The notes under the pieces: generated by a model
The model's database searches: none
What the model was told of the DNA's origin: nothing
What the model saw: the letters and a program-made list of their open reading frames with translations, nothing else
Translations under genes and position numbers: made by a program
NCBI GenBank assembly: GCA_964035545.1
Contig: OZ037767.1
Coordinates: 26,986,628-27,050,627 of the forward strand
DNA length: 64,000 nucleotides
Reading direction: 5' to 3'
Origin: Bugula neritina
Taxonomy: Eukaryota > Animalia > Bryozoa
Shown here: positions 62,401 through 64,000 of the stretch, piece after piece
How the letters are laid out: each line of letters begins with the position of its first letter
How positions within the stretch are numbered: position 1 is the first letter of the stretch

Positions 62401-63899
62401 TTCTTATCAAATCTGAAAGAAAGCACAGGTATATTTTAGAAGAATATATTTTTAATACATAAATCCAAGTATTTCCTTTAGAACATTGTACTGTAGCCGT
62501 TCACTAGAGGAAATGATGTGTCACTATAGGTTTCTACAAAATTGCATACTATTTTTCCTTCAACACAAGAGAGAGCACACACCGTGATGACGATATCTCA
62601 CAGGAAGCGCTAGCGAGGTCTTGATTGCCAAGATAGTTCTTTAGAGTTTGTAGCACAGCTGCGCAGACTTCCTGGTCATTCTCATACTCTGAAATGATTT
62701 CTACTAGACTTTCCAGACCTGCAAAATTAAAAAATAAAAAGAAAAACATACATTTGAAGTGATATTATAATATGATATTCTAAATTTATAGCTTAAGAAT
62801 CATTTATAAATCCATAAACTGAAAATGCAAAGCAAATACATAAATTATGAGATTTGAACATAAACTAAATTTTATATTTGAATATCTCAAGTTTGCAACA
62901 CCAGTTTAAAGTATAGATATGCAGCTTAGTCAAATTCATGGGTGGGCGACAGACAGCAGACCTATCTCAAAATAACTCAGGACCACGGTCTTAGCCATAT
63001 AATAGTCAAGACAGGTATTTATATGCTTAATAGATAGATTTATCCACATTAAAGCCTGCTAGACTCGAGAGTATCAATATTTTATCCTATTTCATAACAA
63101 ACCTGGCTCTAGCTGAGGCGAGGCAGAGGGGTTCTCAAACAGCATCGCTGAGAGAGCGTGGCAAGCTGCTATGACGGCCTCCTTCCACCCCTGTTTAGCG
63201 AATCTTTTAAGTAGATCCATTGTTTTACCTACGGCGTCGTCTGCAACAACTCTGCTTGTTCTCACACGGCTAGAAATGTGACCAGGACAAATGGAATACA
63301 TCTCACAACCGCAACAACCTACACCCAAACTTCAATGAAACATATGCATATACATAAACTTAATTACCTACCAAAACACTTTACTAACTAGTATGAAGAT
63401 ATACTAACTTGAATAGAAATGTAGAGCCAACATGCATGGCGATATATACAGGTATTTCTTAACTGCATATAAACAAGAATTACACTTCATCAAAACTTAT
63501 GCATATTAAGGGTTTCAATAAATAAATAATGTTACTATCTTGCATGCAATATTATATGATATTTTACAAACACACATATAACGATATTACTAACTTCTTA
63601 GATATATCACTGACCTACATAGAGAAACATGCATGAATATGACCATAATCTTTGTACATGTTTGCTGATGGGGTGAGATGAGAGCCAACTGAGAGAGGAC
63701 ATAGAAGGCTGACCACTGACCCACAATATTCTCACTAATAGTGAAGTTGCCCACAGTGAGGGTCTGTAGGATAGACAGTGATAGATCCAGAAGTTTCAAC
63801 GAGTACGGGCTGGGCTGTACACCTGCCGGTAAACAAAGGGCTGGTTGTTGAACAACTGCTATTACACTCCCTTCCATAGTACACATTATTGTACGCCTT
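59435..63899 (-). CDS. 3' part of a protein with ARM-like helical repeats, a Ser/Thr-rich linker and a C-terminal Schlafen/AlbA_2 domain; 5' end beyond the window
   Basis: Phase-consistent exons 63615-~63899, 63103-63269, 62583-62718, 62082-62265, 61414-61489, 61072-61179, 60569-60635, 59904-60067, 59435-59586. C-terminus KELMGFLNAGIEGHLVYGINSDGIVAGV--SREKRDQLRLGLDRICQDIQP...LYFIPI...YVVEIAI...IFMRSG fits the AlbA_2 pattern (AFLN-GG-L-GV-D-G-V-G ... F-PV ... V-EI-V). Confidence 0.8.
61790..61945. mobile_element. MITE, second copy of the 6868-7025 family (inverted orientation)
   Basis: TIRs TCACTGCGTTTC...GAAACGCAGTGA. Internal GTTTCATTCG-TG-AACTG and AATGAAAATCCATT-GCATAAT are shared with copy 1. 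Confidence 0.8.
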
Positions 63900-64000
63900 C
63901 TTCAGCGCATATACTTGTACAATGCATACTACTACGTTCCCATTTTCTAATAACATGCAGCCACAAAGTATGTGACTCAATTTGCATGTCACACAATGAA

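Overview
AT-rich, compact, intron-rich animal (invertebrate-like) genomic DNA. I found no prokaryotic features, and the taxon cannot be fixed from the sequence. By hand-splicing GT-AG exons with consistent phases I reconstruct nine protein-coding loci. (1) 5' part of a secreted Xaa-Pro aminopeptidase (XPNPEP2-like, minus, runs off the left edge). (2) STRAP (+). (3) DNA helicase B, HELB (minus, 19 coding exons, one GC-AG intron). (4) ZNF593/BUD20 (+). (5) A secreted pentraxin + PAN/apple-domain gene with an in-frame TAA (+). (6, 7) A tandem pair of divergent 8-exon opsins (minus) from a ~7 kb duplication. (8) A galactose-3-O-sulfotransferase-like gene (+). (9) The 3' part of a gene joining ARM-like helical repeats to a C-terminal Schlafen/AlbA_2 domain (minus, runs off the right edge). 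The most interesting signal is the opsin pair. Both keep the retinal-binding Lys296 and have His113, but copy A has Ala instead of the Glu181 counterion and no acidic residue at 94, 113 or 292, while copy B keeps Glu181. Other highlights are the ARM-Schlafen architecture and the pentraxin-PAN nonsense codon. Introns contain microsatellites, minisatellites, MITE/foldback elements and tRNA-derived SINE fragments. All exon coordinates are manual predictions and need RNA-seq confirmation.
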